Assembly (NCBI RefSeq): GCF_018977255.1
Contig: NW_024704743.1
Location: 40,240,001 to 40,304,000, forward strand
Direction: 5' to 3'
Length of the DNA stretch: 64,000 nucleotides
Source: Callorhinchus milii
Lineage: Eukaryota
Shown here one piece after another: positions 37,546 through 49,147 of this stretch (its first letter is position 1; each line of letters begins with the position of its first letter). The notes under the pieces are model-generated. The model had not been told where the DNA came from. It saw only the letters and a program-made list of their open reading frames with translations, and did no database searches. A program made the translations under genes and the position numbers.

Positions 37546-38319
37546 TGGATAGTATTATTATTAATAGTATAATTGTATTATTATTACTGCCATATCATGT
37601 ATAATATATTAAAATTCAGACTTGGAATGTAATGAAAAGAATTTACCCTGCTCTAAATTGTCAAGAAACTCCAATTTACCACCTCCAGTCAATTCACTTA
37701 CCAGTACTCATTCATTCTGTTGTAAACAAGAGAGTAGGATATTCTGAACATGGGCCATAAAGTGCCATAAAATGTTGATCAGATCAGCTGAGTGAGTTGG
37801 ATTATACATTCTTCCCTTTATCTGAGTTGGAACATTTTGGCATCATCTGATGCTCAATTTAGCACCTTTTCTATGAACTGAAAATGTTCCCTCAACGAAG
37901 CTGATCCATACCTGGAACCTTAATAATGTCTGGTTGTCTAATACATAAGATTAGTTTGCCAAATTATTTCTCAATTCAGTTAGGTTTCACAAATATAACA
38001 ATCATCATGTGAAAGATGGAACAGGGCAAGCAAGTTCAAAAATAACTTCCCATTCCTGAAATGTTGACAATGCGTATAGAATTATAGAAATGTCAGCACA
38101 GAAAAAGGCCATTCAGCTGATTGTGTTTCTGCCAATGTTAGCTTTTCACTCGAGTTGCCTGCATTTTTAGTCATTAATGTCATTGTTATGTCAATGTCTC
38201 TAAAGGATGTTGTTGACTTTGCTTCAATAGCCACTTATTGTAACATATACTCCTAAGAAATCTTAATGTAAAATATATTTAATCGCTTTTTTTTAATGTC
38301 GGTCTGACTCAGTTGGTAT

Positions 38320-38535
38320 TCAACCATTCTACCCCTAACATCTGGAATGCCATCATTCCCTTCTTTCAAGGCATGTCTCAAACTGTACCTCATCGACTGC
38401 ACTTTCGGTTATCTTTCCCCTCGCCACCATTCGGCACACACTCCCAAGTGCCTTCCAGCACTGTTAGGTGCTGTGAGACGACTTTCCAATGTGAGAAGGT
38501 GAGATATAAATGTAAATTGTACTGTATGTTTGTAT
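38320..38535 (+). mobile_element. Old L2 3' fragment
   Basis: ttcaaccattctacccctaacatctggaatgcc..cttcaaggcatgtctcaaact..tail gtgagaaggtgagatataaatgtaaattgtactgtat. Confidence 0.6.
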
Positions 38536-40667
38536 TGTATATGGACATAAAACACATAATAATATACATACTCGAGTACACAAATATTCCTGCAATTGCA
38601 GGGTACAATGACTATCTGGACCATATCTTCCTGGATAACTATTTACATTCCAATATATTATATGTATTCACATCATTGGTTTACCCTTCACTGGCAACTT
38701 CATTTGCCATTATGCATTAAGTTAATTTAGTATAAAAGCTCCTTATTGTGTGAAGGTGTTTGTGGAAATATGTACATGGAAGCAAAGGAATACAGTGAAA
38801 AAGTATATAAATGATAACTCATTTTAATATGTTGGCTTAGCAATTCTATACAAAATCTAGGGAAGTCACCAACATACATATTTGTCCTGGTGCACAAAGG
38901 CAGGCAGGCTGAGACTCTAAGCAATTACCTTTGCTGCAACCTTTGCCAATTCTCAGCCAAACCACTAGGTGATGGTGTTCCATCAAGGAAGGGTTGGTCA
39001 GAAGGTGGCGAGCCTATGCCTATGCTGACCACTGCATGAGGCTACACAAGCTTACACTGTGGCTGTCTGCTCTACCAGGTAAAAGAACATGAACACAGGT
39101 CAGTATATAAAATAATAATAAAGGAATGTTTAAAAAATAGCTGTATTATTAATGTCTGTCTCATTGTTTGAAACAAATGTTAGTATGCTGTGTTCCACAT
39201 GATCCAGATTTTGCTTACCCCTCTTGCAAACATTTTGGTATGAATCACAATTCTCCAGGTTTAATCTGCTTGGGTAAAAATGTTCTGAATTGTTGTTCTG
39301 GTAAACCAGAGAAGAGTTTAATCTCACAGTTTGATCTCCAGAAAACTGATTTTTTAATATAATTTGCCCCAATGCAACATCGCTACACAAAACTGGAAAT
39401 CCTATACTGCACTATTATAACACCTCTATTATCAACGGCTTTGGCTTCAGAACAAAAAGTAAGATGTAATACCGATCATTATTTAATCACCTTTTTATTG
39501 CTGCCTTCACTTGTCTGCAGATCCTGCCTCACACAATCAGTAAACACAAAGCCACAAGAGGATCACATCCCAAACAAATGTGAGGGCTGCCAGAGAAACT
39601 CACATTTGAAGACAATAATTTGCATCAAATTACAATCTTTCCGAAACAGGGCTGAAATAAAACATTTTGAAACAGGAATCACAAAAAGCATCCTTTCAGC
39701 TGGAGCTTCCCATGGTCAAAATCTCTTGCTTTCAGATGATGTTATCCTGCCAGTACCCAACGAAAACAAATTGCCTAAATGATTAGAGGGTTCTGCAAAG
39801 ATAAATGGACTATTTCCCAGGATATTTTTTCTACGTACTAAAAAAAAGCTTCTAAAATTACTATTGTACTGCGGAAAAGGATTTTGGCACTGATAGATTT
39901 TGTGGAACCAAACTAGAAAATAGCATATCCAGTCTGAATTACAGTAATTGTTTACCAGCGGATTCTGTTCCACAGAAGTGTTTTGTTAAGGGCATTCTTA
40001 AAAAAAAGTCTGCACACATTATTGATTTTTTAAATCTTAAAACACATCATTTGTTTCAAATTGTGCTGCAACTGTCAACCAGATTCCTTTAGTCTTCAGA
40101 GACAAATTAGTAGCTATAGGAGCATCTGCAAAGCTGTGCTAAACTCACTCTGTATCGTTCTGCCAACTGAAGAAACTATCTCACCACAGAGCATTAGTGC
40201 TCTCAAACAGAGCTTCACTGTCAATATCTGCATCTCTCGCCCAATCAATAATTTATAGCTATATTCCTTCAGAAACACATTGGTCAAAAAATAGAATATG
40301 TGTTTCTGTGCGTTTCCAGATTTGTTCAGTAAAACAATCCTATACCTACACATTCATCAATACACTGAGATTGATATAGTTGATGGATCAATATTGATAC
40401 ATCATGCATTTCTTACAAGCTTTATTTCAGCCTTCAAGAGCAAAGTCTATCACTTATGAATAGAAATACATGTTTTCCAAATGCTGGAAACACTGAGAAT
40501 TCCATGTGGACACGCTTTAGTGTTTTTTTAAAATTTCTCAATATGCGTCTCACTTCACTGAAGCCTGACATGCTATTGCAGCTCACTACAACACCAAGTG
40601 CTTTCAGCTCAGATCAAAACGGGGAGAGTGGGGAAGCCTGCAATGAATGCCAATGCAAATCATCAGT

Positions 40668-40698
<31 letters not shown>

Positions 40699-40875
40699 AG
40701 GGAGGGATATAGGGAACCCTTTTCTTTGGATGCATGAAATGCTCAGCCTGGTTTAAATACTCCTAAACATAGTATTGGGTTTGCACATGTTCCAGACACG
40801 GGACTGTCCAAAGCAAGATCTTTGGAGGCACGGTGCTGCCTGTTTAAACTTTTTGTTCACCATCTGCTGTATGTG

Positions 40876-40909
<34 letters not shown>
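40668..40909. repeat. (GA)n (40668-40693) and (TG)n (40867-40909) microsatellites
   Basis: Direct reading. Confidence 0.9.
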
Positions 40910-41604
40910 AATAATTTGGGACCGATTAGAGGTGTTAGCATCGCCTCTCAGCCTTCAGTTGCACTATCACGATACGCTCCACCACCGACCTCCAGCTCCA
41001 CGACATTGTTTATTGCAAAAGGACACCCCCCCCCACCAAAAAAAATGTGCAAAATAAATAAATAAACAAACAAGAAGTTTACCCACAGCCAACGAGGGGG
41101 AGACAGCAGTGAGTGAGTGAGTGTCTGTACACAGCTGCAGAGAGGGGCGCCCTGGGCTGCAGTCACCACATTATAACCCATGCACAAGTGGAAGGGGGAA
41201 AAAAAACAACAGAAAAAAACTCCCCATCTTTTTAACTCTTTGGGTTTTTTTTCCCCCTCCTCCTCCTCTCCTTTCTCGAATAAGCCAACAGCAATCCCTG
41301 CAAGCCAACCAGCCCTGCAGCTGAGCAAAAAACACCCAGACAGACCCAGTGACAGACAACACAAAGATTTCTCAAACTCGAGCTGCCCTGCAGACTAGTT
41401 TTATTTCTGCTCCCTCCCTCCCTCCCTTCTTCCCTCTCTCTTTCTCTCTCTTTCTGTCTCACTGCCAGAAATGCATTCACTCGCAATGTTTAGAAATCCG
41501 TCCCACACAGTGCATCATCGGTTGTTGTCTTTTTTTCTCTCTCTCTTCTTTTTTTTTACTCGCGATGAGCAATACAGGAAAGCAAATAAGCTGGTGTCAC
41601 TTAC

Positions 41605-42010
41605 CACTTGCAGGGCTGCTGGCTTAAGTTCCTTCCTCTTGCTGAAAACCTTGCATGAGATCTACCAGAGATCTCTCTTCTTTGCAGTTCTTGGGAAAAC
41701 CTCCAAACGTCCTGTCTTTTTTTTGGGGGGGTGGGGGGGAGGGGATGTGGGGTTGGGGAGGGAGTGGGGGGGGGTCTTTTATTTTTTTGCAATTGTAAGG
41801 GACCCAAGATGCTAATCGTTGAGAGAGAGAAAGAGAGAGAGAGTAAGAGAGAGAAAGGCAGAGGAAATCTGCAGCTCTGCAAAGCCCTCCACAGAGTGAG
41901 ATGGGTATCAGCTGAGTTATCAGCCACTGACAATCACATAGCGATGCTGGTGCCTTCTCTGCTCTGCGCCTGTTCTCCAGCTTCTGCTGTATAATCAATC
42001 CAGCCTGACT
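41605..42010 (-). other. Putative non-coding first exon (5' UTR) of an unidentified minus-strand gene
   Basis: Strong donor CAAGTG|GTAAGT (intron starts at 41604); lies in a TE-free, GC/CpG-enriched island with GA/CT tracts; short ATG-initiated uORF MQGFQQEEGT* (41656-41624); upstream core-promoter motifs. Confidence 0.5.
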
Positions 42011-42050
42011 GAAGCTAATAGGGGCCTCTATTTAACCAACCAATCAATAT
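42005..42050 (-). promoter_or_regulatory. Putative core promoter: TATA-like TTAAATAG, Inr-like TCAGTC, adjacent CCAAT/TGATTGG
   Basis: Minus strand TTAAATAG at 42035-42028, TCAGTC at 42012-42007 (about 25-29 nt downstream), CCAAT on + at 42040-42044. Confidence 0.4.
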
Positions 42051-42545
42051 CACGGATTCCTCAGCTCGTCCTTGGGGTATTTTACAATATTCATCCAAAC
42101 AGTGGGAGTATTTTTTTTTTGCCCCTCAAGTTGAGCCAACCCTATTTTTTTTTCTCGTTCATTGAATCATCTGCTTCAAAAGGCGCAGCAGATTTGCCAT
42201 TGGGTGGGGTGGGCAAGTGCACAGGGAAAGAAAGCATCCATCAGAAAATACATTTCTTGAACTTGAAATTGTATTTTACCCAGTGACTCATTAAACAGCA
42301 GGATAGATCCCAAATGATTCATCCCCCTTCTTGTCGTTGTTGCATTGTTAAGTTTTGCTTTTGAACATTTCCATGAGTTATTCCACATGGGGGGGGGGGG
42401 GGTGTAGATTGTTTAGCTATGAGGTGACAGTTTGGGACACTATTATATCCTTATTTTACAATCTGCGTTGTTACCTGATTTTTTTAAAAAAAATCTTGAA
42501 ACTGTTCCCACCTACTCCTTTCACTAACACATTTACAATGCACTG

Positions 42546-42863
42546 GTGGAGTCCTGTAGCTCAGTGGTTAGAGCACTCGCTTTGCAAGTGAGAGACCTGA
42601 GTTCAATTCCAGGCAGAGGGCGAAACCTTGGGCAAGTTTCCTTACTCCACACACCTAATAATAATCCCTCCAAAACCAAAAACAATAATAAATTGGTCAT
42701 TTTCAATCCACGACTGTTTGTGGGACATTGCTGTGCGCAATTGGCTGCCGCGTTCGCCCACAAATATACAGTCAATTCACTTTACAGTGTATTCTATGAA
42801 GCGCCTTGGGACGTCCTCCTGACGTGAAAAGCGCTATATCAAATGCAAGGATTATTATTATTA
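42546..42863 (+). mobile_element. Young tRNA-derived SINE, full length
   Basis: A box TAGCTCAGTGG, anticodon-like arm CTCGC-TTTGCAA-GTGAG, B box GAGTTCAATTCC, L2-type tail + (ATT)n. Confidence 0.95.
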
Positions 42864-43583
42864 ATATTATTATCAAATATCCCAGGTTTTGACATTCATA
42901 AATTGCTAAAATGTTATCTGTTAAGTTTCATTTTTCCTGCTTGGTCACAAATACTGTATTCTTGTGCTGTTTTCTCACAGTATCAGAATAATTGAACAAT
43001 GCAAGATTTTCTATCCATAAACAGTACTAACATTTTTAGCATTCACTTCTGTACACAATTCATTTGTTAAAATCATGAGATTGGTAGATCTGTACATATT
43101 TAAACCCACAGCATTTATGCATTTTATTTTTCTGATATACTTAAAATTGCTGTTGCAGTAACTGATGGAAAGAGGAAGGAAGTAAGATTGTCCATCATTA
43201 AACCAGAAGACAATAGACTGAATTTGGTGGCTGATAAACAAAGAAAATGAGCACATCTGTCTCCTAGTTTAATGATGAACCAGCCAAGATTGTCAGAATG
43301 ATCTGTCATAAAAACATTGAATAGGTCTGTTCCAACCATTCAACATTTCCCTACAAAAAATACAGTCACTACACAATATAATGAATCCTGTGAAGCAAGT
43401 CGAGATGCCCTCCTGGCGTGAAAGGTGCTATATCAAATACAATAAATATTATAATATTATTAAGATTATAAACCTTTCATTTTGGGAAGCCATCCCAAAG
43501 CACAGAGTATACTGGAAAGTGCAGTGGCTGTGTGTTTTGTGAGCGAACACAGAAGCCAATTTGTGCACTGCAAACAGCTATAA

Positions 43584-43650
43584 ACAACAACAACAACAAG
43601 ATTACATTTGTATAGTGCCTTTCATGTCGGGAGGACGTCCCAAAGCGCTG
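43584..43650 (-). mobile_element. L2-A terminal stem-loop + (TTG)n fused downstream of the tRNA-Glu copy
   Basis: Minus strand CAGCGCTTTGGGACGTCCTCCCGACATGAAAGGCACTATACAAATGTAATC(TTG)5. Confidence 0.9.
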
Positions 43651-43660
43651 AAATATCTGC

Positions 43661-43732
43661 TTCCTTGACCGGGAATGAAACCCGGGCCGCAGCGGTGAGA
43701 GCGCCAAATCCTAACCACTAGACCACCAGTGA
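43661..43732 (-). pseudogene. tRNA-Glu(CTC) retro-pseudogene, 72 nt
   Basis: TCACTGGTGGTCTAGTGGTTAGGATTTGGCGCTCTCACCGCTGCGGCCCGGGTTTCATTCCCGGTCAAGGAA: 6 differences from the canonical vertebrate tRNA-Glu-CTC as I recall it, damaging the T-loop/B box (TTCGA>TTTCA) and acceptor stem. Confidence 0.9.
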
Positions 43733-46120
43733 GGCTGTAACTGATTGACTGAATGAATGAACTGAATGACCAATTTGGGAAATTGTTGGCCAGGACATCG
43801 GGAGAAATTCCCTTCTCCTTTCAAATAGTGCTGTGGGATCTTTATTGTCCACCTGAACAGACAGACAGGGATTTGTTTAATGTCTCATCCAAAGAACAGC
43901 ATCACCAACAACACAGCGCATCTCCAGCACTGCATTAGATTGTTTGGACTGTATGAGTTCCAAGACCCAACGCAGAGCTTCTGACTCAGAGGTGAGAATA
44001 CTACCAATTGATATAATAATATTATTATTATTTTTCCTTCAGCAGTGAAAAATAAAAAGCACAATATTGCAGATCATTGTGGGTTACAGAAGAGCACTAT
44101 TCATCCAAGGTGCACAAGGTGCAAGAGATGCTACACTATTCATTAATAAGTGGCGCAGCAACACACCATTCATTCTGTGTAACAGAGATTCACCAGCTAA
44201 TGAAATTCAATTGTTTGTTTTATGAAAACTGTGCTTGTGTGAATGTGCATGATGAATTAACAGAAAATGTTCAGAAATCTCAATTGTCAGTGGAAAATCT
44301 ACATAGCCTACTGTTATTGATGTCTGTCCATGGGAAATTGATTCAACTGTATGAACTCTTGGCAACAATAGGTATAATGTTGATACCAGTCAATCGCCTG
44401 TCAATCCTCTGTCAATCCTCTGAATTCTTCTATGATGGTCTTGGTAGTTTCAGAGCACTGTTGATGATAGCCCAGCCAACCAAGCTTATCAACAGGAATT
44501 GGAGGGACAGACAGGTCAGTTCTTCCCATTAAGTTTCTGTTAACCCTGCTCGCTAAAGCCCTAAAGAATTGGATGGTCCCAGCTGGGAAGGATGCCAAAT
44601 AGTGCTTTCAATGGCAAGCTAAAAGTTTTAGCTTGTTAAAATCCAGAAGCACGCTCTGAGATTGGCTAGCGCTTGCTAATCTATACCAAGGCCTAGCATT
44701 TGCTAATCTGCACTAAACTCTCTGGAACTATGTAAACAGGGTGCATCTCTTCAGGGTGAGAGACTTCATTTCATTTCAGACACAGGAATTTCCATGTGTA
44801 GGTGGGATGCATGAAACTTTCAGTCTTGTTTAGATAATGTTAAGCAAGATAGTTTTCTACATGTGTCAGACACATAGCTGACTAAAAAAACTGATACTGG
44901 CTAGATTACTGACAAATGACTGAAACAGGAAGCAGAGGAAAATACATCAATATTAAGTATACAGTCACAATGTGATTTTTGAAAGAATTTAATTTATAGG
45001 TTATCATAGAGTGTGCTTGCCTCAGTGCTTTCACATCACCTACATTTAATTCTGGTCCAAGAAAGAGATTTATGTCTGGAACACCCAATCTGAGAGTTTC
45101 TGTTTTGTCTTCCACCTTGTTATCTTCTCTGCATCAAATATTGCAAGACAATGTTGTCAGAAAATCAATGTCAATACCCTGTATTATTATATTGCTTTCT
45201 GATATTAACAGAGGCTAAAGTCTTCAATAATTCAAGCTAGCACTATTTCCGAATTTGTGAGTCCAAAAAAGCTTTTTGAATACCATCTACATATCAATCA
45301 GTTTTATCCAACACCTACAAAGCCTTAACTGTGATACTTCTCAGAAATTTGTTATGGAGTCATATTTTTTTCCAGACTGGTTTTATGAATAATTGTGCAG
45401 TTGCAAACATTTACAAATCATAAATTGTAGAAATGATTGCTTTAAGCCATATTCTTTGTGAATAGAGTCCTGGTACAGGCACAATTGATCATGTTACACA
45501 CAAGTGTGATTAATTATAAGTCGCATTCATGTCAATCACACCTTTTACATGGAACAGGATTCTCCTGTGCTTCAATATTTTTTGGAAGCCGATTAAATGT
45601 AAGTTTCCGATATTTTCTTTCAGTGTAGATTAGGGTGATTATGTCAAACTTGATGAATTCATTATTCACTAATACAGCGTAGAGCAAGGGATCAAGACAT
45701 GAATAATATTTGTATTGATATAATTACCCCTCTTTATCCCACAGGTCTGTTTATGCACTCCTGTATACTGGAGAATAATCATTGTTTCCAGTGCACATTC
45801 TGAAGGACAAATAGATAAGAACACAAATTATAATGGCATGAATTTTACGAACAGGAAAATATTGACATTATCAAGCAATATAAACTGAGCCTAGCATTTG
45901 ATCTATCTTCATATGAAGAAATGAAAAATATGAGGATGTCCCAATATTTTAGGAAAAACAGATCTAATTTTAGGGCATGCAAAGAACTATGGAAATTAAA
46001 CACGATTTTCTGTTTCTGCCTCTGAAGAGACAGAAGAATTTTCACTCTAGTGTCTAATTCTGCTGGTCTAATTTTGTACTATTTCATTATTCAGGGGGGC
46101 ATTGAGAAAGGTGGAGAGGG

Positions 46121-48020
46121 TCACTCTCCTCCACAACTCCCTCTCCACCATTCTTGATACTCTTGCCCCCCTCACCCCCCGAACCACATCCTACTCACGA
46201 ACCTCACCCTGGTACACCAGCCACCTCTGCTCCTTCAAGGGTCAGGTACATGCTGCTGAATGCACCTGACTCAAATCTGATTTAACAGTCCACCAACAGA
46301 TCTGGCTGGACCACATATAAACCTACTGCTCCCCCCTCACCTCCGCTAAATCATCCTTCTATTCCAAGATAATCTTGAAGGCCAAGGACAATCCCAGGCT
46401 GCTCATCTCCACTACCAACTGGCTCCTCCATCCACCCTCTCACACTCACCCATCATCTCCTCCAACTACAACTACGAGGAAATGATGAATTTTTTTGAGA
46501 CCAAAATCAAGGGGATCCGTTCAGCCACCTCCGCCCTCCCAACCACTACCCCCTCCCCATCTCGCCCTCACACCCTGACCTTACCCATCCCTCCCTCCGT
46601 GCCTGCGATCCTGTCTCCCACTCCTCTCTCACCATCACTATAACCCACATGAAGCCACTACCTGCTCCCTTGACCCCATCCCTACACCTCTCCTTACCTC
46701 CCAGCTCCACCTCCTTGCCCCTTTACTCTCAGACCTCATCAACATCTCCCTGTCAACTGGCACCATTTCCACCCCCATAAAAACAACTGTCATCGCCCCT
46801 ATCCTAAAACAACCTTCCCTGGACCATCTCCAATCTCCCTTTCCTTTCCAAGGTCCTTGAAAGAGTTGTTGCTTCCCAGCTTCACTCCTTCCTCTCCCGC
46901 CACTCCCTTTTCAATCCCTTCAATTTGGTTTCTGTGCACACACAGCACAGAAACAGCTCTGGTCAAGGTGACAAATGACATTCTATCCATCTGCGACCAG
47001 TTTCTGTTTCCTCGTCTTTCTCAAACTCTTGCTGCCTTTGACACTGTGGACCACTCTATCCTCCTCCATGACCTCTCCTCTCACCTTAACCTTCAAGGTT
47101 CTGTCCTCAAATGGTTCAGATCCTATCTCTCACACCAGCTCCACTTTGTCTCCACAAATCACTTCTCCTTCAGTCCCCGCACTCTCTTGTTCAGTGTTCC
47201 TCAGGACTCTGTCCTTGGTCAACTCCTCTTCAACCTAGACATGCTCCATCTTGGTGATATCATCCGCAGACAAGGGGTCAACTTCTACATGTATGCGGAT
47301 GACACCCAACTCTATCTCTCTGACTACACACTCAATCCCAGGACCATTGATATCCTAACAGACATCAATTCTGGGATGAGGACCAACTTTCTACAGTTGA
47401 ACGTCAGTAAGGCCAAGGTTCTCCTGATTGACTTGTGCCAGTGCCTCCACACCTCAGGCACTGGCAGTATCAGCATCCAAGGATACACGCTGCATTTCAT
47501 GAAGCCAGTCAGGACATCAACTGTCCTTTCTCACCCACATCCATGCTATGACCCGTTCTGCTGTTCCCCACCTCCGCAACATTGCCCGACACCACCATTG
47601 CCTCACCCCACATGCCTTCATTATATCCATGCTCAACAATACAAACACCCTGCCTGTTGCCTTCCCAATTCTTCCCTCCACAAGCTGTAGATCATTCAGA
47701 ACTCTGCAGCTTGTGTCTTCTCCTGCACCAGGCTTCGTGACCCCATCCCCCCACCCTTACCCAGCTCCACTGGCTCCCCATCCCTCAGAGGATTAAGTTC
47801 AAAATTCTCGTCCTCACCTTCAAGGCCTTCCGTGGCCTTGTCCACTCCTACCTCTCTGACCTGCTAACCCCTTATCAACCTGTCTGCTCCCTTCAACTCC
47901 TCTCCCTGATCCCCCCGCCCGACCCATCAAGCTCAGGTTTGTAATCCCTCACCGTTCAGCACTTTAAGATGTTCTCCCAATGTGAAAGGTCCTTTACAAA
48001 TGTAATTTTGTATTGTATTT
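46121..48020 (+). mobile_element. Older L2 LINE, 5'-truncated
   Basis: [39 protein letters not shown]-terminal HWLP; tail aaaggtcctttacaaatgtaattttgtattgtatt. Confidence 0.92.
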
Positions 48021-48269
48021 TGTATCAGTCAATAGTGACAGCAGAATGCCAGAAAATATAAGGTGCTGGAATAAAGTCAAACAAGGCAAATCCAATTGCT
48101 GTACACAAGACTATAGGGATTAGTCATTAAGCTTATTTAAGGAAGCACATTGGAGTATAAGGAATGGCCAATTGGTCGCCAAGGCACATTTAATACACTC
48201 TACTCTGATCGTATTTATGAATGTTCAGTATTTATGCTTCTTTGTCCTGAAAGGTTATTATGGAAGAAA

Positions 48270-48875
48270 AAATCTGGTCACTGAATTCACGACTGTTTGC
48301 GGGACACTGCTGTGCACAATTGGCTACCGCGTTTCGCCCACAAAATATACAGTCAATTCACTTTACAATATTTTCTGTGAAACGCTTTCAGACGGTTTAA
48401 AGACATGATAAGGCGCCATATCAAATGCAAGGATTACTATTCTTCTTATTAAAACTCCACAATATTTATCTTCACATGTCTACTATTTTATTGATTTTTC
48501 TGCTAATCTCTAAAAAAGAAACTGGCAGGCAAAGGACCGCAGGAACTACTGTGTCTCAGAAACTATCATATATTTGTCAATATGTGGAGTCCTGTAGCTC
48601 AGTGGTCTGTTTTTGATTCCCAGCAGGGTGAAACCTTGAGCAAGTTTCCTTACTCCACACACCTGATAATAATCCCTCAAAAATAAAACAATAATAAATT
48701 GGTCATTTCAATCCACGACTGTTTGCAGGACACTGCTGTGCGTAATTGGCTGCCGGATTTCACCCACAAATATACAGTCATTTCACTTTACAGTCTATTC
48801 TGTGAAGCGCTTTGAGATGTCTAGAAGATGTGAAAAGTGCTATATCAAATGCAAGAATTATTATTATTATTATTA
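48270..48875 (+). mobile_element. Two SINEs: 3' half (48270-48440) and near-full copy with head deletion (48583-48875)
   Basis: SINE core/tail motifs; second head gtggagtcctgtagctcagtggt jumps to tttgattccc. Confidence 0.85.
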
Positions 48876-49147
48876 CTAATATAACAACATATAATCATCA
48901 ATTCTGTTCCCAACCTGCAGGCTTGAAATCTCTTGTGTTCTTTGTGTAATCCTGGGATCTCCAATGGGTTGGCATGAGTTACATCTGGAACCCAGAAGAA
49001 GCCCCATTTTCCCAACACAAACTAAATTTTAAAGAAAAATAAATGTTTCATTAATTTGCTTATTGAAAAATTTAGTTTAGAAACATCATAAATGGGATCA
49101 CAGTTTCCAAGTAAAATGAATAATGCAATAAGATTATTAATTATTAT

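Larger units (their letters stand above)
43475..44010 (-). mobile_element. Old Deu-domain SINE hosting the tRNA-Glu/L2 chimera
   Basis: Flanks 43500-43583 and 43741-44010 join colinearly with the intact copy at 50428-50845. Confidence 0.78.

Noticed and set aside
42546..42620. SINE heads as tRNA-Ala genes
   Set aside because: No proper acceptor stem, and they run directly into the SINE body; many dispersed copies
44615..44635. caagctaaaa-g-ttttagcttg inverted repeat
   Set aside because: Short, AT-rich and isolated; no TSD or element context
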